A stretch of DNA of 64,000 nt from Podarcis cretensis (lineage: Eukaryota), in assembly GCA_951804945.1 (NCBI GenBank), contig OX638158.1, forward strand, positions 17,856,001 to 17,920,000, written 5' to 3'. The position numbers and the translations under genes are program-made. The notes beneath the pieces are model-generated. The model did no database searches. It was not told where the DNA came from and saw nothing but the letters and a program-made list of their open reading frames with translations. This document shows positions 1 to 39,100 of this stretch, piece after piece (position 1 is the first letter of the stretch; each line of letters starts with the position of its first letter).

Positions 1-309
1 CAAAGAAGGTGAGGGGTTATGGTTGGTGTCTAAAGTGAACATAAAAGCATGATCTGTGCATCTGTACTTGGATGTAAATCCCATTGAATTCAGTGGTGCT
101 TCCTCCCAGGTAAGTGTGCATAGGATTGCAGCCTAACATTCCTCTCTAGTTTAGTAGTCTTGAATACAGAAATCAGTTTTCATGTATACATACTCTAGTA
201 GTTAGAATTTAGTAAAAGTTTTAAAAGGGAACGGAAGTGTAGGATGCTGGGACCAAATGAAGTTTCAGTTGCCAATGAAGACATTCATTAGCTATGAGAG
301 CAATAGATT

Positions 310-453
310 TTTCCAAGACGCCCCCATGTATTTTGGGGGACTCTGATTTAAGAAAATAGGGGGAGATCTATCCATGTAAAAGACACCCCCAAATTTTGGA
401 CATTATTGTTTTTTTGGGGGGGGACCTAGGCTTATGCATGGAAAAATACGGTA
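310..453. mobile_element. Partial Tc1/mariner-type MITE
   Basis: Ends in GAAAAATACGG-TA, a typical mariner-like TIR plus TA target site. Confidence 0.5.
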
Positions 454-537
454 ATTGGATTTTGCAGTGTTTTGCAAAACACCCTATTTTAGTAGAAAAA
501 GCAGCATATATCCCAGATGGAGTCTTATTCTTCCTAA

Positions 538-7403
<6,866 letters not shown>

Positions 7404-7928
7404 ATCTCTTCAAGTAACAGTGGAAATTATTCCACTGCCATAGTGAAGGGAATGCTGGAGCATCCCTAATAAACCAACACCCCTCTTAAAATGTAATACT
7501 CCCTGCTATATTGTGTTGCCCTGTGTATGTTCTTTGGTTAAGTTATATTTCTTCTTTTTTATGCATACCTGCTATGCTTAGCCTGACTTGAAGAGAGGCT
7601 GGAAGACCTCTGTCCGCAGAACAGTGGTATGTAAAACAGAAATTAAGACGTTTAGGTCCCTTGAGACAGATTCCTTGGGGGTCGGTCTCTGCTTTGACTA
7701 CTTCCCTCAAAGCATATCGCCAACCTGTGTTGTTTATCCATGGTTTCCTTATTTAAAAGCTGTTTGATATTACGTTAAATAGGGGGCATATGTTTCTTTT
7801 GAGGGCCACTGTAACTTATGCTAATTTGGTCAACCCCAGATTCTTGTTCTGTATATGTGGTTTCAAAAATTATATATATATATATGTATACACACACTTG
7901 ACTTGTACACATGCACAGCCTATGCATC

Positions 7929-7939
7929 ATTAAAATAAA
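7929..7939 (+). terminator. Probable ATP6V1E1 polyadenylation signal (overlapping ATTAAA/AATAAA); a proximal AATAAA lies at 7468-7473
   Basis: ATTAAAATAAA followed ~15-25 nt later by GT/T-rich ttgttgtttttcc. Confidence 0.6.
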
Positions 7940-10380
7940 AAGGTGTGTGAAACTTGTTGTTTTTCCTTTGCTTCTGCCCCCAGAGGAATAAGTCTATATG
8001 GGGTCATCAAGCAACCATGTTACTGAGCTTTACAGCAACACCTTCCCTCCATGTAGTTTCAGTTAGGGAGTGTAAAAAAAAAAAAGAAGAACTGAGAATC
8101 AATGGTACCATTTATCAGAAGGGAGTTTTAGACTAAAATTTAGTTCACTATAAAGTTGGAAGCTTCAAGATTGGTATTGGGGAAATAAACTATGCAAACT
8201 GTAAGCAATCTGATTTATTAAGAGACAAACTGCTTTTTAAGGTCAGAAGCAGCCATTTTACCACCCTGCCAAGATTAACATACAACATTTTTTAATACTA
8301 TCCTTTAACAGAGTTCCCTGGGTGGGTTGCAAAAAGTTATGTGGTCATGTTGTAGAAGGTAAGGCAGAACAGGGGTGTCAGCAGGTAGTAGCATGAGAGT
8401 TGGTAATTACAACTGGCTTTTTTTAGGGGTTCCAAGGATAACAAGCCATAAATTCTACATTTTTTTAAAGCTATATCAATCTAATGAAGCAGAACTACTT
8501 TATCTAAAATTTTATTTCTCCATGCATCAAGGAACAGATTTACAGTAAGATCCTTTTGTTTGAGGTTGGATGGGTACTACTTTTCTGCTGGTTTCTCCAT
8601 GGAAAGGGGGTAGAAACTAGTCGTCTTGCTGGCCAATCAAAGCACCATTGCACGCACGAACTAGGGTAATCCTTGGCCCCTTTTTGCTATTGCCACTTTT
8701 AGGATTTTCTGTGCAGTGGTGAAAGCTACACATTCTAACCAAAAAATGAAGTCTCATATTATCAAGAATATTTGAGTGGAAGAGAGACATGGTGCTTGCT
8801 ATTAACTATAGTAGTACTAAAGAACATAAAAGACCCTGTCTGATCAGACCTACCTAATCCAGCACCCTGTTCACACAGTGGCCAACCAAATGCTTGTGGG
8901 GGAAATGCAAGCAGGACCTGAGCACAAAAGCAGCCTCCTCTCCTGTGGTTTCCAGCCATTGGTATTCAGAAATATGCTGCCTCTGGACCTTGTGGTTATG
9001 AGTAAACAAGGGGGAGGGAAGCTTTTGTCAGCCCAAGAGCTGCATTCCTTTGGTAGTCACCTGAGAATCACATGGCAGAACTGGGTGAGGCTAGAGGCAA
9101 CAGTAGGCAGAGCAATGGATGCAGTTCTCACCTTTGCACAGTAAGCTACATCTCGGCCATCGAAAAGACATTTCGACATGCAGTCCAGGCAAGCAGCATT
9201 ATCAAAGCTCAAAGACAATTTGCAGGCAGTAAGAAAACTCAAGGAGGGCACAGACCACAGCCAGTGTGAGGTGTGGTCTAGGAAAAGGCATATGGGCCAG
9301 AGACAGAGGCCTGGAAACTTCATTTGCTTTCTGTCTTCCATTTAAAGTAGGTGAGGAAGATGGTTCCTGACCATCCATTTGCATTGCTGAGCAGTCACTA
9401 AGGTGCAGCATGCTTTAGGGTTAGGCAAACACAAATATTTCCTTTGTGTATGTATCTGTGTTGTCTAAACACAGCTCTGGGTTATGCACAAACAGCAAAT
9501 GGGAAAGTTCGTACCTCCCCCACCCACCCCAAGCTGAACAGCAGTTGGCAGACTGTCATCAGATGCTGTAACTAACACTATCCATTACAGATGCAGAAGT
9601 GGCTTAATAGAAACTTGCTGAGCTCAGATGGTCACATTAGAAATAATACACAATTAAGAACGGCCATTAATTTATGTGTACAAATACATGCACTGGAAGA
9701 GAAGAGGGTGGCAATGATGAGACTGCTTCTAAAATGAAAGATCAGAAAGGGTTCTGTAGTGAAATGTATACAGCAGTGCAGGATCACCAAATAAAATATA
9801 CAGGAAAATATTTCCAGCATGAGATCAGGGCAGCAAGGGTGAAATTAACCTCCACTAAACTGCTATCCTTGATCAACTTCGAAGCATTTAAGAAATGACA
9901 TAAAAATATGAAGTCGTGATATTTATAAATGCACTTGTAATGGAGAAGAACAAGCATCAGGCAGCACTGCGAAGGACCCCATAGATCCCTAGTAAAGTGT
10001 AAGCTTTGTAAGTAGATGGATCCAATCTCTGGCCATACATCCTGGTCTGCAGTGGTGTGTGTGATAGATCAGATTGAAAAGTGTTGCCCAACGTTTGGTG
10101 CAAGTAGGAAATAACACTTGCAACACATTCCTTTTCATAGCACAAACTTTGGCTTGTTAACTTTTAGGTCCCAGAAATCTGCCCAATGCAGAGGATTGTT
10201 TTAGAAAATGAAGCAGTGGCAAACCTGGAAGTTGTGTTTTTAGGCCACCTTCCTGGATAGTGGTAGACTGGGTAGTTGTTCACAGCCACAGTATTTACAG
10301 GGTGCTTCCATTTCTCTTCAAGTAGTGTCACAGAACTCTTGCAATCTTAATTCATGATCCAGTGTGATTTAGAATGGGTA

Positions 10381-28531
<18,151 letters not shown>

Positions 28532-30051
28532 TGTTCCTTGGGGATGTTGTTTCTTGGTGACAGCAGCAGCTGCTTGTGCTGCTGACACAGGAAAATTCTT
28601 TCAAATATGGAGGCGCATTCCTCTTTGTCTTTGTTCTGCTGGGGAAGAGAACATCATTAGTGCTTCCTGACATGCTGCTTGCCAGGAGTATATTACAGGT
28701 AACAAATGACAGTGTCAGTTCTAAAACATAGAGGCAATTTATCACTTAATCAGCTCCTGGAGAATAGTGAAGTCAGATGAATAGCTTCCCAGAGGCCACC
28801 AAAAACAAAAACAGGGTTTTTTGTCTCAAATGCAACCCAACCTGGGCACTTTTAAGCCACTATTTTGTAAAAGAAGTGCCAAGGAAACGCCTACCATTCT
28901 GGACCCAGAGAGGCCAAAGAATCTCCAGAGGAGGAGAGAAGGGGATGTGGGCACATGCCTCACCAAGGGGGATGAGACAAGGGTTAGAGAACATTAACCA
29001 GACATTGCCCCCAAAGTCTATAATACTGATCACAGAATTTGGTGTGGAAATGATGACTAAAATCACTACGAGATGCATAGAACTGTGACATAATTCTTTT
29101 AATCTCTGAAGTGGGAAATTAGTGGGTACTGAAGGTACCAAAAAGTGAGGTTCTGAAGTTCATGAAAGATTGCCCAGAAGTGTGCTGTGAGTGGGGAGTT
29201 GGCTTGGATGGACAAATAGGAACTACTGCAGATTATTTGTTAAGTATCTCCTTCTTTGAGATCAGCAATAAAGAGATCAATGTTGCATCTCTGCGAAATT
29301 TAGAAGACTAGCTGCTGAATCTGGGTCTTTTTCTGGCAGTGAGATGAGAGTAGGATAATCTTGTTGGTTTTACTTCACCTGAAGGAGGCAGCAAAAGACT
29401 TCTGAAATCCTGGAAGATGACAACAACAGGGAAGCATGAAAGGCATGGCATGTTCAAACAATTTCCATGCTTTTGAAGGGATTGGGAGTGTCTTGATGTT
29501 GCCTTAGCGGCCATCATTGAACAAAAGACTGTGTGTATTCATGGTCATCATTATGCTGTTTTTGTGTTATATAACTTACTTGCCCAGCCATGCCAAAAGA
29601 AGTCAAGCAACAATTTTGCAAGGCCAATGAGTCACACATAAACAATTAGTCATCTATAACCAGCTAGAATTATTTAATAATATTGTTGCTACAAAATATT
29701 TTTCTGGTTCGGCTTATTATCAAAATACTACTAGTGACTTTTGCAGTTAGTCATCATTCACATGCATGCACTAAATTTATTTTCTCACATTTATATCCCA
29801 TACTGTATTTCTTCCAAGGTGGTGCACATTTGGTTTTCAGGCTGACACCCATCCACTTACTTACTCTCAGCAAGGTAGTGACCTCATGTGCCTTCAGACC
29901 TAACCCTGGGGCATATTTGCATGAGTTATACCACAAGTGCCAAAAGCAGCATCTGAAATGTGGTAGCAGTTTGCACAGATAGTGTCATTCCAGCATTCCA
30001 CTCTAGAACAGGGGCTCTCATATAAGCTATACTCTCATATAAGCTAGCTAG

Positions 30052-30292
30052 GGTAAAGGTAAAGGTAAAGGGACCCCTGACCGTTAGGTCCAGTCACAGA
30101 TGACTCTGGGGTTGCGGTGCTCATCTCGCTTTACTGGCCAAGGGAGCCGGCGTACAGCTTCCAGGTCATGTGGCCAGTATGGCTAAGCTTCTGGCGAACC
30201 AGAGCAGCACATGTTTATCTTCCCGCTGGAGCGGTACCTATTTATCTACTTGCACTTTGTGTTTTCGAACTGCTAGGTTGGCAGGAGCAGGG
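30052..30292 (-). mobile_element. Sauria SINE (Squam1-type), 5'-truncated
   Basis: Minus strand: ...CCAACCTAGCAGTTCGAAA...GTAGATAAATAGGTACCGCTCC...GGCCACATGACC...CCCTTTACCTTTACC tail. Confidence 0.85.
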
Positions 30293-30422
30293 TAGAATAT
30301 CATTTTTAAAAGAAAAAGAAGAAACATATAGACCTTCCCTTCTTGCTGCTCTGATGTGCATTTAATGAAAGGAACAGTTGTACCCACAGGAACAATGAAA
30401 GGTGTGGCATAGGATAATCTTA

Positions 30423-30565
30423 GAATCATAGAATTGTAAAGTTGATAGCGACCCTAAGCATCATCTAGTACCCAATCCCCTGCAATGCAGGAATATGTAG
30501 CTGTCCCATTTGAACCTGCAACCTTGGTGTTATCAGCACTGTGCTCTAACCAACTGAGCTATCAG
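30423..30565 (-). mobile_element. tRNA-derived SINE with a CR1-type tail
   Basis: Minus strand: GATAGCTCAGTTGGTTAGAGCA...GGTTCAAAT (A/B boxes) ... ATTCTATGATTCT tail. Confidence 0.6.
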
Positions 30566-30720
30566 GAAGCTCACAAACAACATTACACATTTGAACCTTT
30601 GTCTCTAAATTATTGTGTGTGAGGCATGTAGGTCCCTGACAGTATAAGAACATCTTTGTAAGAAATAGCTAAACAGAACAAAATAATTTCTGTCCTTCAT
30701 CTCTATGTCCTTCATCTCTA

Positions 30721-31029
30721 TGTCACATAGAGGAGGGAGAAAGGTTGTTTTCTGCTGCTCCAGAGAAGCGGACACGGAGCAATGGTTCCAAACTACAAGA
30801 AAGAAGATTCCACCTAAACATTAGGAAGAACTTCCTGACAGTAAGAGCCGTTCGACAGTGGAATTTGCTGCCAAGGAGTGTGGTGGAGTCTCCTTCTTTG
30901 GAGGTCTTTAAGCAGAGGCTTGACAACCATATGTCAGGAGTGCTCTGATGGTGTTTCCTGCTTGGCAGGGGGTTGGACTCGATGGCCCTTGTGGTCTCTT
31001 CCAACTCTATGATTCTACGATTCTATGAT
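30721..31029 (+). mobile_element. CR1 LINE 3' end (young-looking)
   Basis: ORF 30745-30948 RTRSNGSKLQERRFHLNIRKNFLTVRAVRQWNLLPRSVVESPSLEVFKQRLD is the CR1 ORF2 C-terminus; (ATTCTATG)n tail. Confidence 0.92.
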
Positions 31030-34000
31030 CTATAACTATTAGGAATCTGAAAGAAGTTCCTCCTCAGAGTTAGGACTTCATAAAGAAAAGCATGCATTGT
31101 AGACTGTCTCTGAAATATGAAGTTTTAGAATATATCCCTTTGAATGAAACATGCAAATTCAGAAGTCAGGAAAGATGGGAAGCTAGCTTACCTTCCTTAT
31201 TTGCAAGCAGCCGGTTCCCTCCCTTCCTTCCTTCTCTCTTTCAGTTTTTAGCCTCTGACTCACATCTGGATTCCTCCAACAAGCAAACCCTATCCAATGT
31301 TTAAGGGGTGGTTCACAAATTCCCAGTGATTTTGTGTAAATACTGTACACTGTAAGTGGGAGACGAAAAAATACACACATCTCTGTGCCAGTTACCCATC
31401 AAGCCTCTCCTTTTTTGGGCCTGGCAAAGGAAGTGCCCCAAGCCCTACCCAGGAGAACAAGCACACCTTTAAAATGTGCTTTTAACCTTAAAACCGGTTT
31501 TTAGACAAACACTGTTTGCATTTCAGCCTGCTTAGGCAAGTGCTGTTTCCACAAGTGCCCATGTAATTTCACTGGTTGTTAACAGCAACACTTTCTTTGC
31601 TGTTAACTGGGGAAGTGAGGTATAATGGCAATGCAGTGTTGCTGCTGACCCCTGACATCAGTCAATTAAAGTGTAACCTCAACTATGAACTCACTACACG
31701 GCCATAGGACAAGACAGTGTTTCCCAAAGCTCTGTTCTCTATTTTCATTGTAAGAATGACAACCCTGTGTCCTATGCTTCAGGAGAATTACTAAAACAAC
31801 GTGCAAAAATTCCTGCCAGGGACAGCATTGCCCACTGCTGTGGTGGCACATCGCTGCAGTGCACTCCTTGGAGGCCAGATCGGCTGCCTTCCTGGCAGCC
31901 CCCCATGCCACCTCCACAATGGCCTCTTCGGAAAGAGGAGGCACTGCTGGTCTCCTCACACCCCTAGGGAAGAAATGGCAGCAGCTGCCCTCTGGTGTCT
32001 ACTGGGCTCTGCACCCCACCCCCCTGCCCCATGGTGTCTGATTCCTACTTAAACCATCAGGCAAGGTTAATTTGATTCCCACCCACCCCTTGTTCTCAAT
32101 ATAGATCCTCATTCACCCCTTCTTCCTCAACCAAGAGTGGTGGTGCCATTTTGTGGTTCGCCTCAGGTGCCAAAATGTCTTCAGCCGGCCTAGATTCCTG
32201 CAGCAAGTCTTTCTTTGTGTGGAATAGCTAGGCCAAAATGCATTGAGCTTCAGGGATCCCACTTATCCAAGGGTGTATTCTTAACAACCAAAAAATATAC
32301 ACAAGTTCTATAAGGATAACCATGTTTGTTTTTACAGACTAAATACTAGCAAATCTACTGTCACGAAAGCTCATGTGGTAAAACATTTAGTCACAGGATT
32401 CTTTGTGGTTTAGATGTCCTATTAATACTTAAGGGCATATATAAGATATTTAACTACTTCCTTCCTGCTTTTACGTAGATTCAGGGCCAAACTAGGCCAG
32501 AAATTAAATACTTTGAAACACTATCTACACTGGGAGGAAATTCCCTACTGCTGCCAATAGGGGATTTCCTACAAACCCAAATAGTGGTTAAACCCCCCTC
32601 CACACCTGTTGTGTAGAAATGTTGTTTTCGTTTTTTCCCCGTGTAAATTTTTAGCAATATGTGAGTCTCTAGTGTTGAATGTCAACATGCCACATTGGGA
32701 TTAAAGTGGAAAATAATAATTAAAGCAAGCATCATGTCCCTTAAAATCCAGGACATTTCAGTCAAATTCCTAGGCAAACACAGGAGATTTGCTCCCTTTT
32801 CTTTTGCTGACACCCCACCACCCCACCACCCCACCTGAAACACACTTTTCAGACACATTTCACTTCAGTTCATTCCTTCAGGAAACTCTAGGCCCTCAAT
32901 CCTGATGTTACCACAGGGAAATGTGTTTCTTGTGCGGTTTATGTCTCTGAGACATTTGCTTGAGGGCCATTGGTGTGTAGAGAAACAAGATATGCATTAA
33001 TTTCCTCAATGATTTTACCTGGGGCAAAATGGACACTAATATGTTGCCTTCTGCTGTTCTAAGTTTTGTTCTTCCTTCTGCACTGGTAGAGAAACAAAAA
33101 AAAGAAAGCAATACCTACCTCAGCAAGCTGGTGCTTTATGTTCAGTCATGTCTCAGTACATTCTGTTAGCCATCAGCCTTGCAAGACTCCAGATTATTTA
33201 TGGAATCCATTAATGTCTGTTGTTGCCAAACTTCTTAGATATCAGCAAAGTAGGGGCCCTTCAGGCATAAATGACCTTTAGGCAACATAATCTGTTCCCT
33301 GCCTCACTAGTACCGTAATTGTGGCAACTGAGATATGTAGAGGACAGGCAGCGGCCATGGCTATGAGGCTCTCCAGCAGTCTGTAGACCGGGGGTGGGGG
33401 TGGGGCCTGTTGGTCGGTGCAGATCCTTCCCTTTACCAAATGGTCAAATAGGAATGTTCCACTTATGTCTATCTGCACAGTGCTCTGACCCCAGTGCCAC
33501 CACTTGCTTTCAATATTGGGCCTGATATTGAAGGGGCAAAGAGGCTGTAATTGTGGAACAGCCTAGCTTGTACGTTACATTCTTTACCATGTAATTGTAG
33601 AGTTGGAAGGTACACTGGGGGTTAACTAGTCCAAGCCCTGGCAATGCAGCAGTATGTTATGGTTAGGTTAGTAGGAAGAGTGTGTGTGAAACAAAGACTC
33701 TTCTCTGCTGTCATTGAATTACGGGCAATATGTGACTAGGCCTTGAGCAATGCAGGTACAGCTCAGCTAAGTTTTCTTAATGTGATCCTGCAAAGGACTG
33801 AGTGTGAAGTGAGTTGAAATGCTCCAAGCAAAAACTGCCTTCCTGATATTTTGCCTTTTCTGACCTTGTAAATTGTGTTGTCAGTGCTTGATCCCACTGG
33901 TATACCCCCATGGATATTGAAGGAGGAATTACTATGTTTCAGTTTCAGGCAACATGTGAAATGTTCCCATCTCAGTTTTAGCATTAGGCACGGAAAGCTA

Positions 34001-35949
34001 AACCCTGATATTTAAATTAATTTAGGTCAATGAACAACTATTATTTTCTCCACAAATTGTTAAGATTTCAAGTGCATGGGGCAGGGGAATCCCCAGGCTT
34101 CCACTTGTGAATCCACCAAAGTTCCTAGTCTCTCAAGTACACCTACATCTTCTCACCAATGGTTGGTCTGAGGTCTGGTCAGGGGCTGATGATGCTGAAT
34201 CAGAGATGAGTGATGTTTGTTGGTGTGACCTGAAAGCACGCAGCTGCCTTAATCACTCCTTTAACAGGCCTGAAAGAGTGACCCCTTTGTAGAGGAGGGG
34301 CAGAGATGACAGCTCATTTTAGGCTACCTTGTCAGAACCAGTGCATGATTTAAGCACATGACAAAACCTTCTGTTATCACACAACCTGGAAAGCAGATTT
34401 TGTATAAAAAACTTTAAAGGCGTTCTTTATTGAATGAACAGATACAGGGAAAGGCCAGATGTTGTCACGAGATCAATTTCCAGGCAGGGAGCAACTGGAA
34501 CAGCAAAGTCTGAGTGAGGATGTCTATGAAATCTCTGGAAGCTCTTACTGCCCACATATGGAGAAATTCCAAAAAGGAGCCTGTATTAATATCTTCAAGT
34601 GGGACTGCTGCACTGGAGACACAGCGGGTCATTTGGAAAGGCTTCTGTTGCAAAATCTCACTTCTGGAAAATGACCCTGCTTGTTTCCCATGCCTTGAAG
34701 CCTGACATCAACTAAATAAAAGCGATTGATCTGATCTTCCAGCACTCCAGGCACAGAAGTACTGGTGCACTGACAAAAAGCGTTATGAACTTTTTACAAT
34801 CCCGAAGCACCCATAACTTGTTATGGAAAACAAAACGTTGGCAGAGAACATGTGGTTGCTGGCTGGGCTGGTGAAGGGGGAGCAGAGGTTTCTCCACCCA
34901 ACAGGAAAGGAGGCACTTCTGCAGGCAACTATGTGCAAAACCAGAAATTACATTACAAGCTTCTGCCACCCTCTACATTAGTTCATGTATTCTTAAAGAA
35001 TGGTGCTGGGACTTCCCTGACCTTGAAGTCTCCCCCCCCCCCCATAATTTTAGACAGAAGAATGTTAGTTATGCTTTTTTCAGTGGTGAGAAAAGTGTGC
35101 TCTACTCATTTTCAACGGCTTCTATATATCCATTGCATACTTTCAGTATGCATTATGCTTACTTATTTGTACTGTACATTAAATGACAACATTGACCTCA
35201 GCCATGCCAATTTTTTATTTAAAAACCCATTTTGCTTTCTCTTATCCCTGCAAACTAGAATTAATCTAAAAACCTAAAAGCTGTCATTATTTATTTCATG
35301 GCGGAGGGGGGAGCTGAGACTAGTGACATGTCTGCATTGCATCACAGCTGAAATGTGAGATCCTATGTGCTGAAGCATAGATCTTGATGCAGCACTTGCT
35401 TGAAGGACACCAAATCTGACAAAAGAACATATACACACTCATCCTAGATTTTATTGTTCTGAATTCCCCGTGTGGCTCAGTTGGCTCAGTTGCTTGGCCC
35501 AGTTGCTTTAGTCATCCGGAGCGATTTGTTTTGCACATTCCTTGTTCATAGTTCCTTTCTGGTTGCAGCAAACTATGATACAGATCATGTGGATCCATCT
35601 GCAACATGACTGATAAGTGGCAATTCATGGAGTTGGCACTTTGGTCTCTTCTAGCTTAATGACTCATCAGTCTTTTTCAACAGCGTTTGTACAGGAAATT
35701 TGCTTCAGGTGTCAATATAGTGATTGACCCAATGTAGAGAACAATCATAGTTGCTAACTTATATTCTTGTGTTGAATTAAGGATCCTACACAGGAGACCA
35801 GAAGTGTAGTTCTACTCTATTCCACAATTATTATCACTAGACCTTTTAAATATCACAGAACAGAGAGTGGTAATCTATCCATGAGTGTTTCAGCAGGACT
35901 TTATCACTGAACTACCACCACTGATCAAATATGAATCCTTCAGGATGAA

Positions 35950-36115
35950 AGACCTATAGCTCAGTGGTAGAGATTACAGCTTTGTATGTAAAAGAATATT
36001 AGGGAGCAGGTGAAGTAAAAATCCCCGTCTGAGACCTTGGACAGCTTTTGCCAGTCATATCAGCAGCACTGGGATATGTGGATGAATGGTCTAACTCAGT
36101 ATGACACAGCTTCCA
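35950..36115 (+). mobile_element. Decayed tRNA-derived SINE (Squam3-like)
   Basis: TAGCTCAGTGGTAGAG A-box; ...TCTGAGACCTTGGACAGC...GCCAGTC...GGTCTAACTCAGTAT...CAGCTTCC body. Confidence 0.5.
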
Positions 36116-39100
36116 TGAGCAATTAGAGGTGAAGAAATACACACAGACCAAGACCAGCTACTATTTTAAGAACATACTTTATACAAAATAACAAATTCTT
36201 ATGGAAATAAAATCTACAGATCTCCAAGGATCAAGCTTATTTTTTTAAAAAAAGGATCCTTAAAAAAATTACCCAAACACAGAAAATTAAACTAACTATT
36301 GAGGTAACTGTCGCTCTCAGGGAATCAGTAGACCAAGACGAAATATACACAATATAAAAATAAATAGCATTCCCCTTTCCAGTATTGACCAGGAGAGTTC
36401 AAACCCAGCTCTTTGCAGCAGCAAAAGAGTAGAGGAAAGGATCCCTGATGCTGTGCTCCATGGGCAAGGAAAGTGATCAGGGTTTTTTCAGGAGCAGTGG
36501 AAAAGGCAGCCAAGTGAGGTACCTGAGTCCCAGTTGGGGAAAATAGAAGAGCACACGAGGAGGAATTCACAGTCAGTCAGTCAGTCAGTCAGTCTTATAT
36601 CAGGTGTTACCTCTCCAATTAACGGGCCCTCTTGACAGTAGCTTCCTGCCACACTAACAAGTTCAGTCTGCTATGGCGTGGAAGACTCATGCCAGCTCCC
36701 TTTCAAAACTAGTTGAGAAATTCATTTATCCAGCCAGACACTGCCATGTGCAGTCCAAACCATGTCAGATTCCTCCCAGAGTTTGTCAATAATATATTTT
36801 CACAGCTTGATGGTGAGAGGACACTTGCAGCCACAGCTCGTAGTCCTGTTGACCAGAAGATATTTCAGCTGTTTGACAGAGACCAGGATCCAGCTTGCAA
36901 GTCAAACATCAGACTTCATCCAGAGGAACGTTCTCTCTTCTCCTTTTGCCCCCAAATAGGCAAATTACATTCTTTACAATCTTAATTACAATAATACAGT
37001 CCCTCCCATCCCACCCACCAAATGACCCAGAAAACATTTCAGGAATGATGGAGATTGGCAAAAAATTGTCAAAGCTCAACCACTTCAAATTAAAAACCAA
37101 AAGTATTGTTAGAAATTCTCAGATCACTAAGAAATATATTCTCTAGCAACCAAGCCTGTTGTTTTGTGTCTCTAGTTAGAAAACTTCTTTCTTGCTGTTC
37201 TTCCTAACCATGGGGGAAATATCTCATTCTACTTAGACAAAATGCAGTAGTGCAGGAAAAAGCTGAGCAGTAGAAAAAAGTACTCAAACATTGAGCAAAA
37301 TACGATTTTTGTATGTGTAAAATCAGGAGCCAGACTAAAAAACTAACTTCCTAACCTCAACAGTAATTCAAGTTCCAGTCACTAGTCCCAATTTTTAGGC
37401 ACCAGTGATCTCTGGATTTTTTTACTTCCCTGCAGTGGACTCCTATGATATACTTAACTTTTGTAACGGGGGAACCTGGAGAAAGCACAATAACTGCTCT
37501 GCTTTTATTGCTAAATAGTCACGCTGTAGCGTGCACTGAACTATTATGGAAGAACAAAACATTAGTAGATGCCAGGGTGCATAAAATATGAACTATAACT
37601 TGCATTTATATCCAAAGGAGAATTCAGCACCATGACACTTGGAAGCCCCTGTTCAATGTCAGTGAAGTCAGTTACAGAGGGAATTAAATTCATTGTATAA
37701 CAGTGACACCTTGTGGTCAGTAGAGAATGTGGCTAAACGCAAAGAATCACTGACATTAGTGGTAGCACTGATCACCTAGAGCTAAGAGGAATTCCCCACC
37801 AGGATTCATTGGATCCTTCAATGCTCTGACTACAGAAAGTATGCAGGAATTTGGCAGCTGTTAATATTGCAACAAGCACCTGGTATACTGCCAATGCTAA
37901 ACAAGTATTTAGTAGAAATAGTTACACAGTTTGAAAAATTTCACAGAAATCCTGTAGATTCTTGCCAGAAGACATAGGAATTAAAAAGAGTAGGGCCTGC
38001 CAACTACATTTAGCTCCCCATCGATAGCAGTCAATATTCCTACTGTGTTGTTGCTCATCAGCACCTGAACCTTATCAAAGAAACATTCACGTTATAGTAA
38101 AGCAAATTTCTGATACGTGCTAATCAGCAAGAACCTCTTTTGTTACTCTGTTGTCAGCCAAGTTATATTTTTGATTCCTCGAACCCAAACATTCATCAAC
38201 AGCATCCAAAATGTTGTCTGGTCTTTGTAATTAGTCAAATTCTGCAGCTGTCTGCCACTCACTCTGACTCTCCAATCTGGAGAGGGGCAAGATCATATTT
38301 CAGATGTGCCATGTTGTGGCGGTATTCTAACTTTGTGAAAAATCTTGCCGCTTCAGAGTGCCTCTGAAACTCACATGGCTGCAAAGGTAACCCCTAGAGA
38401 AAATGGAAGGACTTGTGGTTAGATTTCTGAAGTTTCCAGCCCCAAAACTGAGTGGGAATGCAAGGGCAAGCCTCTCCACTCTCCTCCCATTTTGCACTCA
38501 GCAACTTAAAAATATGCTCCCCACTGGTAAGTGCATTTTGGAGCCCTGTTCACCACCATCTCCCACAATCAACCTTTGGAGTCTCTTTCAAAATCTCATC
38601 TGTTTCATTTCCACATTCATAACAGGATTAATTTAGGTCTGCTGCTGTCTGCTTCTATGTATCTATTCCTACTTGTTTTCAGAACACTTGACTATTTCAA
38701 CATTATGAAATCTCACATCTGGCACTCCTCACTGTAAACATAGGCACAAGTATTGGAAAAGGTATGCCAGAATCAGTCCTTATTTTCTTAGGTATGTTTC
38801 CCTAACATATAGCAGTGAAGAAAAACATGTTCTTTAAAAAATATTTAATTCAGTGGTAAATGTGGGCACTAAAGGAGATGCTCCACACAATGCTTGAATT
38901 ACTGGGGTGTGGGGGAGGAGAGGGGACCTTCTTATAGTTTATTATAGAATAGATTAGGAAATATTGCTTCAGGATAGCATGTGTCTGGCTGCTGGGAGGG
39001 AATGGAAGAGCAGCTGCATCTCACACAAAAGTGGAATCTATTCTCATGGAGAAAAGGCCTTTATAATCAGAGGCATCTTTGTTTTTCAGTCAACATACAT

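Noticed and set aside
35950-36000. tRNA gene (also ~30505-30565)
   Set aside because: Only A/B-box remnants with SINE bodies attached; no complete cloverleaf.
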